From Anaerobutyricum sp. (GTDB lineage Bacteria > Bacteroidota > Bacteroidia > Bacteroidales > Tannerellaceae), in assembly GCA_963629885.1 (NCBI GenBank), contig CAVGKO010000001.1, positions 10,773-56,001 of the forward strand: DNA of 45,229 nucleotides. Direction: 5' to 3'. This document shows positions 24,760-34,586 of this stretch, in pieces; position 1 is the stretch's first letter; each line of letters opens with the position of its first letter. Below the pieces are notes generated by a model, which did not search any database, was not told the DNA's origin, and saw only the letters and a list, made by a program, of their open reading frames with translations. A program made the translations under genes and the position numbers.

Positions 24760-27750
24760 ATGATTAAGGAAATAAAATACAATGGTTATACTGCAAGCCC
24801 GTCCGACCTTCCCTGCCCGGACGGTGACCTCGCTACGGCCATCAACGTAATACAAGAGGACGGCTCTCTCAGACCTATCCATAAACCGAAGGAAATGTTC
24901 GGGTTGACTGAAACGCAGGAAATTCTGTTTATCCATAAGGACTCAGATTTCTGCAACTACATCATCCGAGAGACCTCGACCGATGGCAAAGTCTCGTTCC
25001 TGCCCCACAACGGGACAAAAGCGTCATCAGCATTTCTTACTCTTGAAGATGGCGAGGAGTATGTTGACATTAATGCTATTGGCAGAATACTTGTCGTTTC
25101 AACCAGTCTGCACCTGCATTACATCCGATATAAGGATGGAAAGTACATTTATCTGGGGACGCAGGTGCCGGATGTGCGGATGAAATTTAAACTTAAAAGC
25201 AACCTAATTGAGTATATATACGAAACTCAATTGACATTCGACGAAACCGCTTCAGCCGAATCTTCATACGAAGCATACGAAAATAAAACAATTGAGGTAC
25301 AATTCAACTATACAGGAACCGTCACTGTTGGCTATGCTTTCGCGGTTCTCGATTACGCTTTAGAGAAAGGGATTGAATATTACTTTGAGATGGTTGGTGG
25401 ATATGTCTTCCAAATAGAAGCAATATATAGCAACGAAACTGACTTAGTGGGACATGACCCCGAATACTATAGGGGGGTTGAAATCTTCGATAGTCGATCA
25501 AGTGATTCTGCTGTAGTCACTCAAAATACACAAATTCTAAGACTCCGAATCCAAACTGATAATCCAGTACAGTCCCAGAAAAGACGGGTGACGATTTCCG
25601 TTCGGAAAGGGCTAACGACAGCAGCATATGGCGAGCAAGTTCTTAAGTACACTTCTGAGAATTACGAGGCAGTAATGGGAGCCGCAAATAAATTCGTTGC
25701 GAAATATGGTTCTGAACGGAATCGCTTTATTTATCCGTTTTTCGTCCGTTACGCTTTGCGGTTGGCTGATGGAAGCTATGCCAGAATATCGGACCCTATT
25801 CTTATGATTCCTAATGCCGGTAATGTGCCTTTTATTACTTTCAGTTCGACTCGCTCTAAAGAATTGTTACTTTACGCATTTTCGTCAGTACTTAGGTATC
25901 AATTTGAGGGTTCTATACCAAGCGAGTGGGAAGGAATTATTGCGGGGGTAGATGTGTATGCGTCATCTCCAGTATTCTCATACGACCAAGGGCAAGCATA
26001 TGACGATACGAAGCACCTCATGACTTTCAGCCATGAGAGTGCCATGAAAGGTAAAAGTTATAGCTATTCAATAGTAGACAATGGGTCTATGGGTGGTGAT
26101 TTGTACGAAAGGGCTAAAAGCCTTTATGAGTACGATAATCGTGGCGAACAAAAACAATATTATAATGTGTCGATTGCTGAAAAGCAAAATCGAATTAAGG
26201 AATTGTTAGACGTGGCGAACTTCTATCTCATTGCGTCCTTTTCCACTTCCGATATCTATAAGAACGACTTCCAGTCTGTGGTTATAGCCAAAGGCGTGCT
26301 GAGTACATTGACGAATCAACAGACACTCGACGACGAAATGTATTCACGATATACCTTTAAAAATGCGCATCTTGCCTCATACAACCAACGTCTGCATTTA
26401 TTCGACTACACGCAATGTTACCCAGAACCGCAGAGTCCTTTCTCTACTGTGGAGGCAACTTTTTATGTTCATCTTAGTGTAGATGGGGAAACTAAAACTA
26501 TAAAAGGGAATTGTGGATACTATAACGACCAATGGTATAAATGGTTTTTCTTTCCCCACAATAACGCCAAGTCTTTAACCATTTACTTGCGTGACACCAT
26601 TACGGAAGAGTATAAGGTTGTGAGTTTAACTCTAAGTCAACATCCATTACTTAACGGCTCGTATTGGTTAAGCACAGACTTGAATGAAACCGATGAAGTC
26701 TTCGAAAGTTGGGAAGATATCGGAGCAGATTCGTACACAGAAACCGTCGATGATATGCTTCACCGCCCAGCGTCTATCCGCCAATCTCCGGTTAATGCTC
26801 CGTTTACTTTTCCCGCATCGTTAGCGAATGACGTAGGCGCACAACGGATTCTCAACATATCCTCCGCCGCCAAAGCCCTCTCGCAGGGACAGTTCGGACA
26901 ATTCCCCCTTTACGCCTTTACCACCGAAGGGGTATGGGCATTGGAAGTAGCAAGCACCGGCGCATACTCTTCAAAGCAGCCCATATCCCGCGATGTGTGT
27001 ATAACCCCCGAAGCCATCACGCAGCTTGACTCAGAAGTGATATTCCCCACCGACCGAGGGCTTATGCTCATCAGAGGCTCTGAGGTATCCTGCGTTTCGG
27101 ATAGCATCAATAGTGAAACGCCCTTTGATATCAGCAAACTTCCTTGTAGCGGAGTCCTGCACAAAATGCTCGGCCACAGCGATACCGATGATGATTGCGT
27201 CAAATTGATTCCGTTCTCAGAGTACCTGAGCCAATGCCGAATGATGTACGACTATTCCCATCAGCGGATATTCGTCTATGCCCCAGGCAAGAACTACGCC
27301 TACGTTTATTCGCTCAAGTCGCAGACATGGGGCATGACCGATTGCCGGATTAAATACGGCACCAACTATTACCCTGAAGCCATTGCGGTAGATATGGACA
27401 ACAAGGTGGTAAATTTCTCAAGTTTTGACGGCGAGGCAGAACAGAAAGCCAAAGTGCTATACATAACCCGCCCGTTGAAACTTGATGCCCCATTCCTTTA
27501 CAAGACCATCGACACACTTATCCAACGCGGCGACTTCGAACGGTTCGACATCGGGTCAATTCTCTATGGTTCGCGCGATATGATAAACTGGTTCGTCGTT
27601 TGGTCGTCGAAAGACCATACCCTTAGAGGATTCCGTGGCACAGGATACAAGTATTTCCGTATTGCGGGCATTGGTGAACTCGATTCGGGCGAAATGGTAT
27701 ATGGTGCCAGCATTCAGTTCGAACCCCGCGAAACAAACCTATTGAGATAG
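24760..27750 (+). CDS. Tail stabilisation / tubular (nozzle)-like protein
   Basis: 996 aa, beta-rich. Conserved ALSQGQFGQFPLYAFTTEGVWAL and YPFFVRYALRL blocks. Podovirus-like context. Confidence 0.6.
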   Translation: MIKEIKYNGYTASPSDLPCPDGDLATAINVIQEDGSLRPIHKPKEMFGLTETQEILFIHKDSDFCNYIIRETSTDGKVSFLPHNGTKASSAFLTLEDGEEYVDINAIGRILVVSTSLHLHYIRYKDGKYIYLGTQVPDVRMKFKLKSNLIEYIYETQLTFDETASAESSYEAYENKTIEVQFNYTGTVTVGYAFAVLDYALEKGIEYYFEMVGGYVFQIEAIYSNETDLVGHDPEYYRGVEIFDSRSSDSAVVTQNTQILRLRIQTDNPVQSQKRRVTISVRKGLTTAAYGEQVLKYTSENYEAVMGAANKFVAKYGSERNRFIYPFFVRYALRLADGSYARISDPILMIPNAGNVPFITFSSTRSKELLLYAFSSVLRYQFEGSIPSEWEGIIAGVDVYASSPVFSYDQGQAYDDTKHLMTFSHESAMKGKSYSYSIVDNGSMGGDLYERAKSLYEYDNRGEQKQYYNVSIAEKQNRIKELLDVANFYLIASFSTSDIYKNDFQSVVIAKGVLSTLTNQQTLDDEMYSRYTFKNAHLASYNQRLHLFDYTQCYPEPQSPFSTVEATFYVHLSVDGETKTIKGNCGYYNDQWYKWFFFPHNNAKSLTIYLRDTITEEYKVVSLTLSQHPLLNGSYWLSTDLNETDEVFESWEDIGADSYTETVDDMLHRPASIRQSPVNAPFTFPASLANDVGAQRILNISSAAKALSQGQFGQFPLYAFTTEGVWALEVASTGAYSSKQPISRDVCITPEAITQLDSEVIFPTDRGLMLIRGSEVSCVSDSINSETPFDISKLPCSGVLHKMLGHSDTDDDCVKLIPFSEYLSQCRMMYDYSHQRIFVYAPGKNYAYVYSLKSQTWGMTDCRIKYGTNYYPEAIAVDMDNKVVNFSSFDGEAEQKAKVLYITRPLKLDAPFLYKTIDTLIQRGDFERFDIGSILYGSRDMINWFVVWSSKDHTLRGFRGTGYKYFRIAGIGELDSGEMVYGASIQFEPRETNLLR

Positions 27751-27753
27751 CCC

Positions 27754-29856
27754 ATGACCATAGCGCAGCTGCTCAAAGAAAACGAAAGGCGCAACGCCGA
27801 GATAAACGCTCCCTTCAACCCGGTTACCGGCGAAGGGAGCATTTTGGCGCGTACCCACGTTACCATTTCCGATTTTCCGTTCCCCGAACAATGGTTGCCC
27901 AACGAGATGTTTGGCGTTCCGTTTGTGAAGAAATTGGTTAAAGCCGGAAGTGTTGAGGCATTCTACGCAGCACTGGGCGAGGAAACGCCCTACACGGAGG
28001 AAACCTACGACTATATAGTCAAGGCTTTCATCCGCATAAGGTGCAAGTATGATTTCGCTTTCTGGGCAGTCATGTTCGTTTGGATTAAGGTGAAGGGCGG
28101 CGGTGACGATATCCGCTTTAGCCTTAACCGTCCGCAACGCAGACTGATAACATCCTTTGAGGAGATGCGCACGGCAGGCAAACCGATTCGTCTGGTACTG
28201 CTGAAGGCACGTCAGTGGGGAGGTTCAACCGCCACACAGATTTATATGTCGTGGCTACAACTCGTCCACAAAACCGGACTCAACTCCCTTATTGTAGGTC
28301 ACGTCAAGGATGCTTCCTACGAAGTGCGCGATATGTTCAACAAGATGATAGGCGAGTACCCCGTTGAGATGCTTCACGATATGGGGGAGGAATACGATGC
28401 CGGCGAACAGAAAATAAAAAGTGTCAGCAACAGTGGCAACATTCAGCGCATTATCCAACGAAACTGCAAAATCAAAGTCGGCTCCTACGAGAAGCCGGAC
28501 AGCGCGCGAGGCGGTGACTATAACCTTGTGCATTGCACCGAGGTCGGTCTGTGGTCACCCACCGATTCCAAGACTCCCGAACGCGTGGTGCGTTCCGCCT
28601 GTTCGGGTATTCTGCTGAAACCTTACACGATGATTGTGTACGAAAGCACCGCCAACGGCACGGGCAATTTCTTCGAACGGGAATACCTTGCAGCCAAGAA
28701 CGGCGAATCGCAATTTCGCGCACTCTTCATAGCTTGGTATCAGATAGACCAATACCGGATAGAGTTAACCGATGAAGCGCGCAAGTCACTTGCCCAAGAA
28801 CTTTGGGAGAACCGCGAAAACTCCTACTCACCCAGCGGGCGCGTGGAGCCTGGAAGGTATTTGTGGTATCTGTGGGAACGCGGTGCAACCTTGGAGGCCA
28901 TTGCATGGTACATTGAAGAGCGCAAGAAATTTGGTGACCACGGAGACATAGCGAGCGAGTTTCCTACCGATGACAGCGAGGCTTTCGTTTATAGTGGCTG
29001 CAAAGTGTTCGATAAATTATTGGTCGAAAAACTACGCCCCAGTTGTCGCAAGCCGAGATTCGTGGGCGACATATACGGCGATGCAGACGAAGGCAAAGAT
29101 GCCCTACGCAATCTACGTTTCAAGGAAGACCACACCGGACTGCTTTGTGTGTGGGACAAACCGGACATTAGTCAGGAAGAGCGGATAACCGACCGTTACC
29201 TTGTTGTGGTGGACATCGGCGGGCGCAGCGCAAAGGCAGACTATTCCGTTATCTGTGTCATCGACCGTATGTACCTCATGAACGGGGAGCGGCCTGAGAT
29301 AGTGGCTCAGTGGTATGGGCATATCGACATGGACTTGCTCGCGTGGAAAGCAGCGCAAGTGGCAGCCTGGTACGACAACGCGCTTTTGGTGATTGAGAGC
29401 AACACACTTGAAACGAAGGACAGGGAGCGCATGGTCGACGGAGACCAGTCGCAGTTTATCCTTTACCAAATCAAGGACGCATATCCCAACCTTTACGCAC
29501 GCGAACAGAGCGAGGACGAAATACGCGAAGGTGCGCCATTGCGCTATGGTTTCCACACCAACGTGGCAACCAAGCCGAAAATCATTTCGAACCTAATCAA
29601 GGTGGTGCGCGAACACCTCTATACCGAACGTGACGAGCGGTGCTTAGACGAGTTTCTCAGCTATGAACAAAAGCAGAATGGTGCTTACGGGGCAATAGCC
29701 GGAAAGCACGATGACCTCTTGATGACCCGTGCCATCGGACTGCACATTGCCTACAACTTCAAGGTGATGCCCTTGCCTACAATCAAGCAACGGAAGAACA
29801 ATTCAACCAGACATAAACCGAAGACGGGGACTATTACTGAGGCGGTTATTACTTAG
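27754..29856 (+). CDS. terL: Terminase large subunit
   Basis: Walker A LKARQWGGST, Walker B LVHCTEVG, coupling motif ESTANG, RNase H-like VVVDIGG and HDDLLM. Confidence 0.92.
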   Translation: MTIAQLLKENERRNAEINAPFNPVTGEGSILARTHVTISDFPFPEQWLPNEMFGVPFVKKLVKAGSVEAFYAALGEETPYTEETYDYIVKAFIRIRCKYDFAFWAVMFVWIKVKGGGDDIRFSLNRPQRRLITSFEEMRTAGKPIRLVLLKARQWGGSTATQIYMSWLQLVHKTGLNSLIVGHVKDASYEVRDMFNKMIGEYPVEMLHDMGEEYDAGEQKIKSVSNSGNIQRIIQRNCKIKVGSYEKPDSARGGDYNLVHCTEVGLWSPTDSKTPERVVRSACSGILLKPYTMIVYESTANGTGNFFEREYLAAKNGESQFRALFIAWYQIDQYRIELTDEARKSLAQELWENRENSYSPSGRVEPGRYLWYLWERGATLEAIAWYIEERKKFGDHGDIASEFPTDDSEAFVYSGCKVFDKLLVEKLRPSCRKPRFVGDIYGDADEGKDALRNLRFKEDHTGLLCVWDKPDISQEERITDRYLVVVDIGGRSAKADYSVICVIDRMYLMNGERPEIVAQWYGHIDMDLLAWKAAQVAAWYDNALLVIESNTLETKDRERMVDGDQSQFILYQIKDAYPNLYAREQSEDEIREGAPLRYGFHTNVATKPKIISNLIKVVREHLYTERDERCLDEFLSYEQKQNGAYGAIAGKHDDLLMTRAIGLHIAYNFKVMPLPTIKQRKNNSTRHKPKTGTITEAVIT

Positions 29857-29949
29857 CAGAAAAATATTGCAGTTAATTACCAAACATGGAATTTATAGTA
29901 TCGAAGAAAAAAGTGGTGCGAACAAGTTTTATACAATTAGACGAATTTA

Positions 29950-29957
29950 TATCTTTG
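29950..29957 (+). promoter_or_regulatory. Sigma-A -7 element of the KilA-N moron
   Basis: TATCTTTG 23 nt upstream of ATG 29981. Confidence 0.75.
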
Positions 29958-29980
29958 CATTGTCTTAAAAATTATAAGAT

Positions 29981-30853
29981 ATGGCAAAAACGAAAAAAAT
30001 TAATGTACTTAGTACTGACATTTCTATTGTGACAAACAAAGAAAATGACTATATTAGTTTAACTGATATGGTTAAGGCTAAGAACGAAGATAATAGGACT
30101 GCTGATGTTATAAAGAATTGGATTCGCAATAGAGCTACAATAGAATTTCTCGGAACATGGGAAACTTTGTATAACCCCAATTTTAATGTGGTCGAATTTG
30201 ACCACTTTAAACAAGAAGCTGGACTTCCCACCTTTACGATGAGCGTAAGTAACTGGGTCGAAAAGACCAATGCTATCGGAATATTTTCCAAAGCAGGGCG
30301 GTATGGCGGTACATACGCGCACAAAGATATTGCATTCGAATTCGGTGCGGCAATAAGCCCAATGTTTAAACTTTACCTTATTAAAGAATATCAACGGCTT
30401 AAAGAAAATGAGCAGAATCCCTTGCTCAGTACATGGAATGTGAATAGAATTCTTTCAAAAGCGAACTATACGCTTCAGACTGACGCTATAAAATCACTTA
30501 TACCGAAATACAATATATCCAAGTACAAAGAGCGGATACTATATGCGTCTGAAGCTGATATGCTTAACATTATTCTATTTGGTTGTACTGCAAAAGATTG
30601 GGAGCAAGCTAATCCTGAATTGGCAAAGAAAGGGTATAATATCAGAGATGTGGCAACTATAAACCAACTCGTTGTGCTATCTAATATTGAAGCGAGAAAC
30701 TCAGAGTTGCTAAAATTAGAAGTCTGCAAGGCTAAGAGAATGGATATTCTACACAAGATTGCAAAAGAACAATTATCTATTCTCGACATGAATAGAATAG
30801 AGAATAAATTCAGGAAATTGATTGGCGAAGAACCAGCAAAACATTTAGAGTAG
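29981..30853 (+). CDS. KilA-N domain DNA-binding protein (AT-rich moron)
   Basis: DYISLTDMVK...IKNWIRNRATIEFLGTWE...GRYGGTYAHKDIAFEF. Confidence 0.9.
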   Translation: MAKTKKINVLSTDISIVTNKENDYISLTDMVKAKNEDNRTADVIKNWIRNRATIEFLGTWETLYNPNFNVVEFDHFKQEAGLPTFTMSVSNWVEKTNAIGIFSKAGRYGGTYAHKDIAFEFGAAISPMFKLYLIKEYQRLKENEQNPLLSTWNVNRILSKANYTLQTDAIKSLIPKYNISKYKERILYASEADMLNIILFGCTAKDWEQANPELAKKGYNIRDVATINQLVVLSNIEARNSELLKLEVCKAKRMDILHKIAKEQLSILDMNRIENKFRKLIGEEPAKHLE

Positions 30854-30886
30854 GCTATATTATAGCATTTAAGACAAATAGCCTTT

Positions 30887-30929
30887 GGGCATAAGAGTGG
30901 TGCAAATAAGCATCACTCTTTTTTTGCCC
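30887..30929. terminator. Hairpin terminator between convergent genes
   Basis: GGGCA.AAGAGTGGTGC/GCATCACTCTT TTTTTGCCC. Confidence 0.75.
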
Positions 30930-30935
30930 CATCGG

Positions 30936-31337
30936 TTAGTTGCTTTTGAGCTTCCTCGCCCTCATCAGAATGCTCTTTGCGCGCGATGGCGAAATGTAAA
31001 ATTCCGGTGCAGGCGAATTGACGATTTGCTCCACTATGGAAGCCATACTACGGCATGGCTGCTTTACCCTTTCAATGAGATAGCGGCGGAATATTTCACG
31101 GTACATTGACATTTTAGCCCCCGAAGAACAGACTTGTTCGCCATGTAGCATCAGCGAAACGGCAATGGCGGCACGCTCCTCGGTTACCCAAAATCGCGAA
31201 CACGGACGTTTAACTATTCGCTTGTATATATCATCCATCAGTATGTGGCGGCATTCCGACAACTCAGTGCGGAATGCCCGCAGTAGTTCCTTGTCTCTCT
31301 CGGTTGAATAGGGGAATTTTGCTTCGTGCTTTCTCAT
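30936..31337 (-). CDS. Conserved-type phage protein, candidate late-transcription regulator
   Basis: 133-aa basic helical protein with two internal repeats (IVKRPCSRFWVT / IVNSPAPEFYIS). Own promoter TATCTTTG on the minus strand (about 31424-31431). Divergent from the scaffold gene. Confidence 0.6.
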   Translation of the reverse strand: MRKHEAKFPYSTERDKELLRAFRTELSECRHILMDDIYKRIVKRPCSRFWVTEERAAIAVSLMLHGEQVCSSGAKMSMYREIFRRYLIERVKQPCRSMASIVEQIVNSPAPEFYISPSRAKSILMRARKLKSN

Positions 31338-31353
31338 ATGCGGAAAAAAAGTT

Positions 31354-31405
31354 TTGGGCAACTTGAGAATGTTACGTTGGCGTGTAACGTTCTTAAGTTG
31401 CCCAA
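31354..31405. repeat. 52-nt inverted repeat in the leader of the minus-strand gene
   Basis: TTGGGCAACTTGAGAATGTTAC...GTAACGTTCTTAAGTTGCCCAA. T7 follows on the minus strand. Confidence 0.9.
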
Positions 31406-31446
31406 TCGGCGGTTGTCTTGTGGCAAAGATACGAAAATCAACGCAC

Positions 31447-31494
31447 ATGAGGTTCAAAATAAAGGAAGTGTAATGCGTTACCCCCTTAAATTTG
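31447..31494 (+). promoter_or_regulatory. Putative phage late promoter, copy 3
   Basis: ATGAGGTTCAAAATAAA plus TAAATTTG at 31487. Confidence 0.7.
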
Positions 31495-31518
31495 CGCATA
31501 CATTAACTTTGAAACCAT

Positions 31519-32295
31519 ATGGAAGAAGAAAAAAACTACCCGCCAATGGACGAGGGCATGGCAGAAGAACCACCCAAGAAGTCCAAACGCGACCAATTGC
31601 GCGAGCGCATCAGTTCCAAATACCCCGACAAGACTTTCGACAGCGACGATGCCTATGCCGACCAGCTGTATGACGACATTGAAGCGAACGACAAAGAACT
31701 CAATGCCCTCAGAACCGACCGCAAGAGCCTTGACGATTTCCTTGGGAACGACCCTCGCAGCGCATCGTTCCTTGTAGACTGGCACGAAGGTAAGGACCCC
31801 GTGATTGCCCTTATTAAGAACTACGGCACAGAGATTGTCGATGCAGTCAATGACCCCGAACGCCAGGAAGAAATGGCAAGGGCTAACCGCGAATACCTCG
31901 AAAAAGTAAACCAGAACAAAAAGTTCGAAGAGGACTACAAAACCAACATTCAGCAGTCGCTCGATGACCTTGCCAAAGCAAAAGAGGAAAACGGGTGGAG
32001 TGATGAAGAGACCGACGCGGCACTCGACATCATGTGCCACATCGCGGACGACCTCATCATGGGTAAGTTCACCCCCGAAACCGTTCAGCTGATGATGAAT
32101 GCCCAGAACTTCGACCAAGCAGTTGCCGAGGCGCAGCAGGAGGGCGAAGTCAAAGGTCGCAATAGCAAGATTGAAGAGAAACTTCGCAAGTCGCAGACAA
32201 GTGACGGCACTCCCCACCTTGAAGGCGCGAACGGCGGACAGAGCAAGAAGAACCTTGCAACGCAGAGCATTTTCGACCTTGCTTCGCAGGCATAG
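31519..32295 (+). CDS. Capsid scaffolding protein-like
   Basis: Acidic, helical, 258 aa, directly upstream of the capsid gene. Confidence 0.65.
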   Translation: MEEEKNYPPMDEGMAEEPPKKSKRDQLRERISSKYPDKTFDSDDAYADQLYDDIEANDKELNALRTDRKSLDDFLGNDPRSASFLVDWHEGKDPVIALIKNYGTEIVDAVNDPERQEEMARANREYLEKVNQNKKFEEDYKTNIQQSLDDLAKAKEENGWSDEETDAALDIMCHIADDLIMGKFTPETVQLMMNAQNFDQAVAEAQQEGEVKGRNSKIEEKLRKSQTSDGTPHLEGANGGQSKKNLATQSIFDLASQA

Positions 32296-32326
32296 TTTTA
32301 CCAACCACAATTTCAACTCTATATAT

Positions 32327-32506
32327 ATGAGCATTGAAGATTTCGAAACCGTAAAGTTCCCGCAGACTAAGGTAACCGCAACGCGAGGCAACGCAGGATT
32401 GCAAACGCAATGTGGGGGACTTGCGACAACCGTTTCGGTCGCAGCAGAGGCCACAGGCGGAATGCATGGTGGAGAAATCTTCGCTCACCCCCCAAAAAAA
32501 CAATAA
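32327..32506 (+). CDS. 59-aa peptide homologous to the N-terminal arm of the major capsid protein
   Basis: GNAGLQTQCGGLATTVSVAAEATGG aligns with capsid GSVGLKTQVAGQGSTVSGAALATGG. Confidence 0.75.
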   Translation: MSIEDFETVKFPQTKVTATRGNAGLQTQCGGLATTVSVAAEATGGMHGGEIFAHPPKKQ

Positions 32507-32525
32507 CGCTTTAATACATTAAATA

Positions 32526-34037
32526 ATGGCAGTTCAGGATTATACCAACACCAGTGTCCCCACGAGCAATGGCTCCGTGGGACTCAAAACCCAAGTAGCC
32601 GGTCAGGGTTCAACTGTCTCCGGCGCAGCACTTGCCACTGGCGGTGTCGCACCCGGAAATTTTGTGGAACCCGACATCGATGACCAACTCTTCGCCTTTA
32701 AGGGTGACGATACTCCCCTTATGCAGCTTATGCTCAAGGCTAAGACCGTCAACGTTACCTCTCCCGAAGTGGAACACTACATGATTGACGAGCCGAAGAG
32801 TTCCGTGACCGTTACCACCGCAGTGACCGCAAACACCTCACAGAATTCCTTTGAGATTGTTCTCGGTTCGGAAGAGCAGAACATCCCCCAGGACTACACC
32901 ACCCTGCTCGTTCCCGGCGTAGACGGCTACTCTGAGGACGGACAGACCAAGACTGTAGGCCGTCCTCTCATGCTCTTCGTTACCGGACGCGCAGCCACAG
33001 GCAACCCCATCGTGCGCGCAGTCAATGGTCCCAAGAAAACCAAGTCCGATATGTATTGCACCGTACCCGCCATCCCCGCCAACACCGAGATGGTAGTGCT
33101 TGCCAATGCAATGTACGAGACTCAGAAGAATGTAGCCCCCGACCTCATCGTTCCCCAGCCCTCTCTCATCTACCTCCAGAAGCGAGGCATGAATCAGATT
33201 ATCTCCGACTACTTCGAGAGTCAGCGCAAGCACATTCCTTTCTCTCAGGCACTCATTGCAGAACAGGCTCTCACGAATTTCAAGACCCGTTGCAACCGTA
33301 CGCTGTGGGCAGGCCGTCAGTCCAAGTTCACCGTCAACACCAAGGAAGTAGGTCCGCAGTACGTTTACACCACCGAGGGCGTGCGTTGGCAGTTCAAGCG
33401 CGAATATCAGCACGAAGGCAAGTGGACAATCGAAAAGATTATCGCCCTTGCCAAGATGTTCTTCACCGGCGAGGACGTGCCCAAGACCGCCATTCTCCTC
33501 GCGGGCAAGAATCTCCTTGAGAGCATCCAGTGCATCGACTACTCTAAGCACCCCGAAATTCAGATTTCCACTAAGACCAATCCCGTAGGTTGGGAAGTGA
33601 CTAACTTCCACACCGTGTTCGGCGACATCGAAATCAAGCGCGAACCCACCCTCGACAAGATTGGTTGGAGCAATAGCGGCGCACTCATCGGCGAGGACCG
33701 CCTCGTGCATTACAAGCGAGTAAGCGACCACGAATTCAACGAAAAGGTTGAAGGCGAGGAAGCAACCCGTAAAGGTCTTATCGTATGGGACGGACTTGCC
33801 CTCAAGGGTTCCTGCCACATTTGGATTGATGGCGAAGGCGGTGCAGACAGCAGCAGCGCAACCAAGTTCGTTTATTGGGACGATTCCGAAAATGCGCCCG
33901 CAACGACTGCCGGCACCAAATCGCCCGTTTACTATCTCGGCGCAGACTGCACCAAGATTTCGGCTCAGGCTAAGGTCGGCACCATGTGGCAGTACAACGG
34001 CTCTGCTTGGGTAGAATACGAAGGCGAACTTTACTAA
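32526..34037 (+). CDS. Major capsid protein
   Basis: 503 aa with strong codon bias, located after the scaffold. DTPLMQL...EVEHYMIDE and LQKRGMNQIISD blocks. Followed by a hairpin. Confidence 0.75.
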   Translation: MAVQDYTNTSVPTSNGSVGLKTQVAGQGSTVSGAALATGGVAPGNFVEPDIDDQLFAFKGDDTPLMQLMLKAKTVNVTSPEVEHYMIDEPKSSVTVTTAVTANTSQNSFEIVLGSEEQNIPQDYTTLLVPGVDGYSEDGQTKTVGRPLMLFVTGRAATGNPIVRAVNGPKKTKSDMYCTVPAIPANTEMVVLANAMYETQKNVAPDLIVPQPSLIYLQKRGMNQIISDYFESQRKHIPFSQALIAEQALTNFKTRCNRTLWAGRQSKFTVNTKEVGPQYVYTTEGVRWQFKREYQHEGKWTIEKIIALAKMFFTGEDVPKTAILLAGKNLLESIQCIDYSKHPEIQISTKTNPVGWEVTNFHTVFGDIEIKREPTLDKIGWSNSGALIGEDRLVHYKRVSDHEFNEKVEGEEATRKGLIVWDGLALKGSCHIWIDGEGGADSSSATKFVYWDDSENAPATTAGTKSPVYYLGADCTKISAQAKVGTMWQYNGSAWVEYEGELY

Positions 34038-34060
34038 AGTCTAACATAAGAGAATTGATT

Positions 34061-34120
34061 GTGAACGTCTGAATCAGACAGACGCTAATGCGCCTCTCTG
34101 AAGCGGGCGTTCACTTTCTT
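34061..34120 (+). terminator. Long hairpin terminator after the capsid gene
   Basis: GTGAACGTCTG...CGGGCGTTCAC followed by TTTCTT. Confidence 0.7.
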
Positions 34121-34135
34121 AACCACCCCCACACT

Positions 34136-34582
34136 ATGGCAAAAACTACTATCAAGACATACGGCGAAATGAGCGGTATGATGGAATGGCACCCCATCAT
34201 CCATGCCGGACGCACCAAGTTTCAGCCCACCTTTGCCGGCGGCGGCAATAGTGCTTTCGGAATCAGTCCTGCAAAATATACCACCGATGACCCTTTCCGT
34301 CAGTTCATTATTGAGCAGAGCGATTTCTTCAAGAAAGGACGCATCGAAATTCTTTACGCCAGCGAACAGGGCGAAGATGAAACATCAGAAGAAGCCGATG
34401 AAGAGGATGAAGAGGCAGAGTGGGTTGCCACCGAACTCAAACCGATGGAGTTTGCCGCAACAAGCGATGCAGCGAACTATCTTCACGAGACTTTCAACGT
34501 TGCCAAAACTCGCCTCCGCAGTCGCGACAGCATTGTCAACGTAGGCAAGGAAAACGGAATCGCCATAACCTTTACCGATTGA
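34136..34582 (+). CDS. Hypothetical phage protein
   Basis: ORF between capsid and portal with an acidic linker. ATG 34136 is preferred because it lies downstream of the hairpin. Confidence 0.7.
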   Translation: MAKTTIKTYGEMSGMMEWHPIIHAGRTKFQPTFAGGGNSAFGISPAKYTTDDPFRQFIIEQSDFFKKGRIEILYASEQGEDETSEEADEEDEEAEWVATELKPMEFAATSDAANYLHETFNVAKTRLRSRDSIVNVGKENGIAITFTD

Positions 34583-34586
34583 ACCG

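Noticed and set aside
32488..32500. C6A7 run as a programmed frameshift fusing the N-arm peptide to the capsid protein
   Set aside because: A TAA at 32520-32522 is in frame with, and just upstream of, the capsid ATG, so no fusion is possible.
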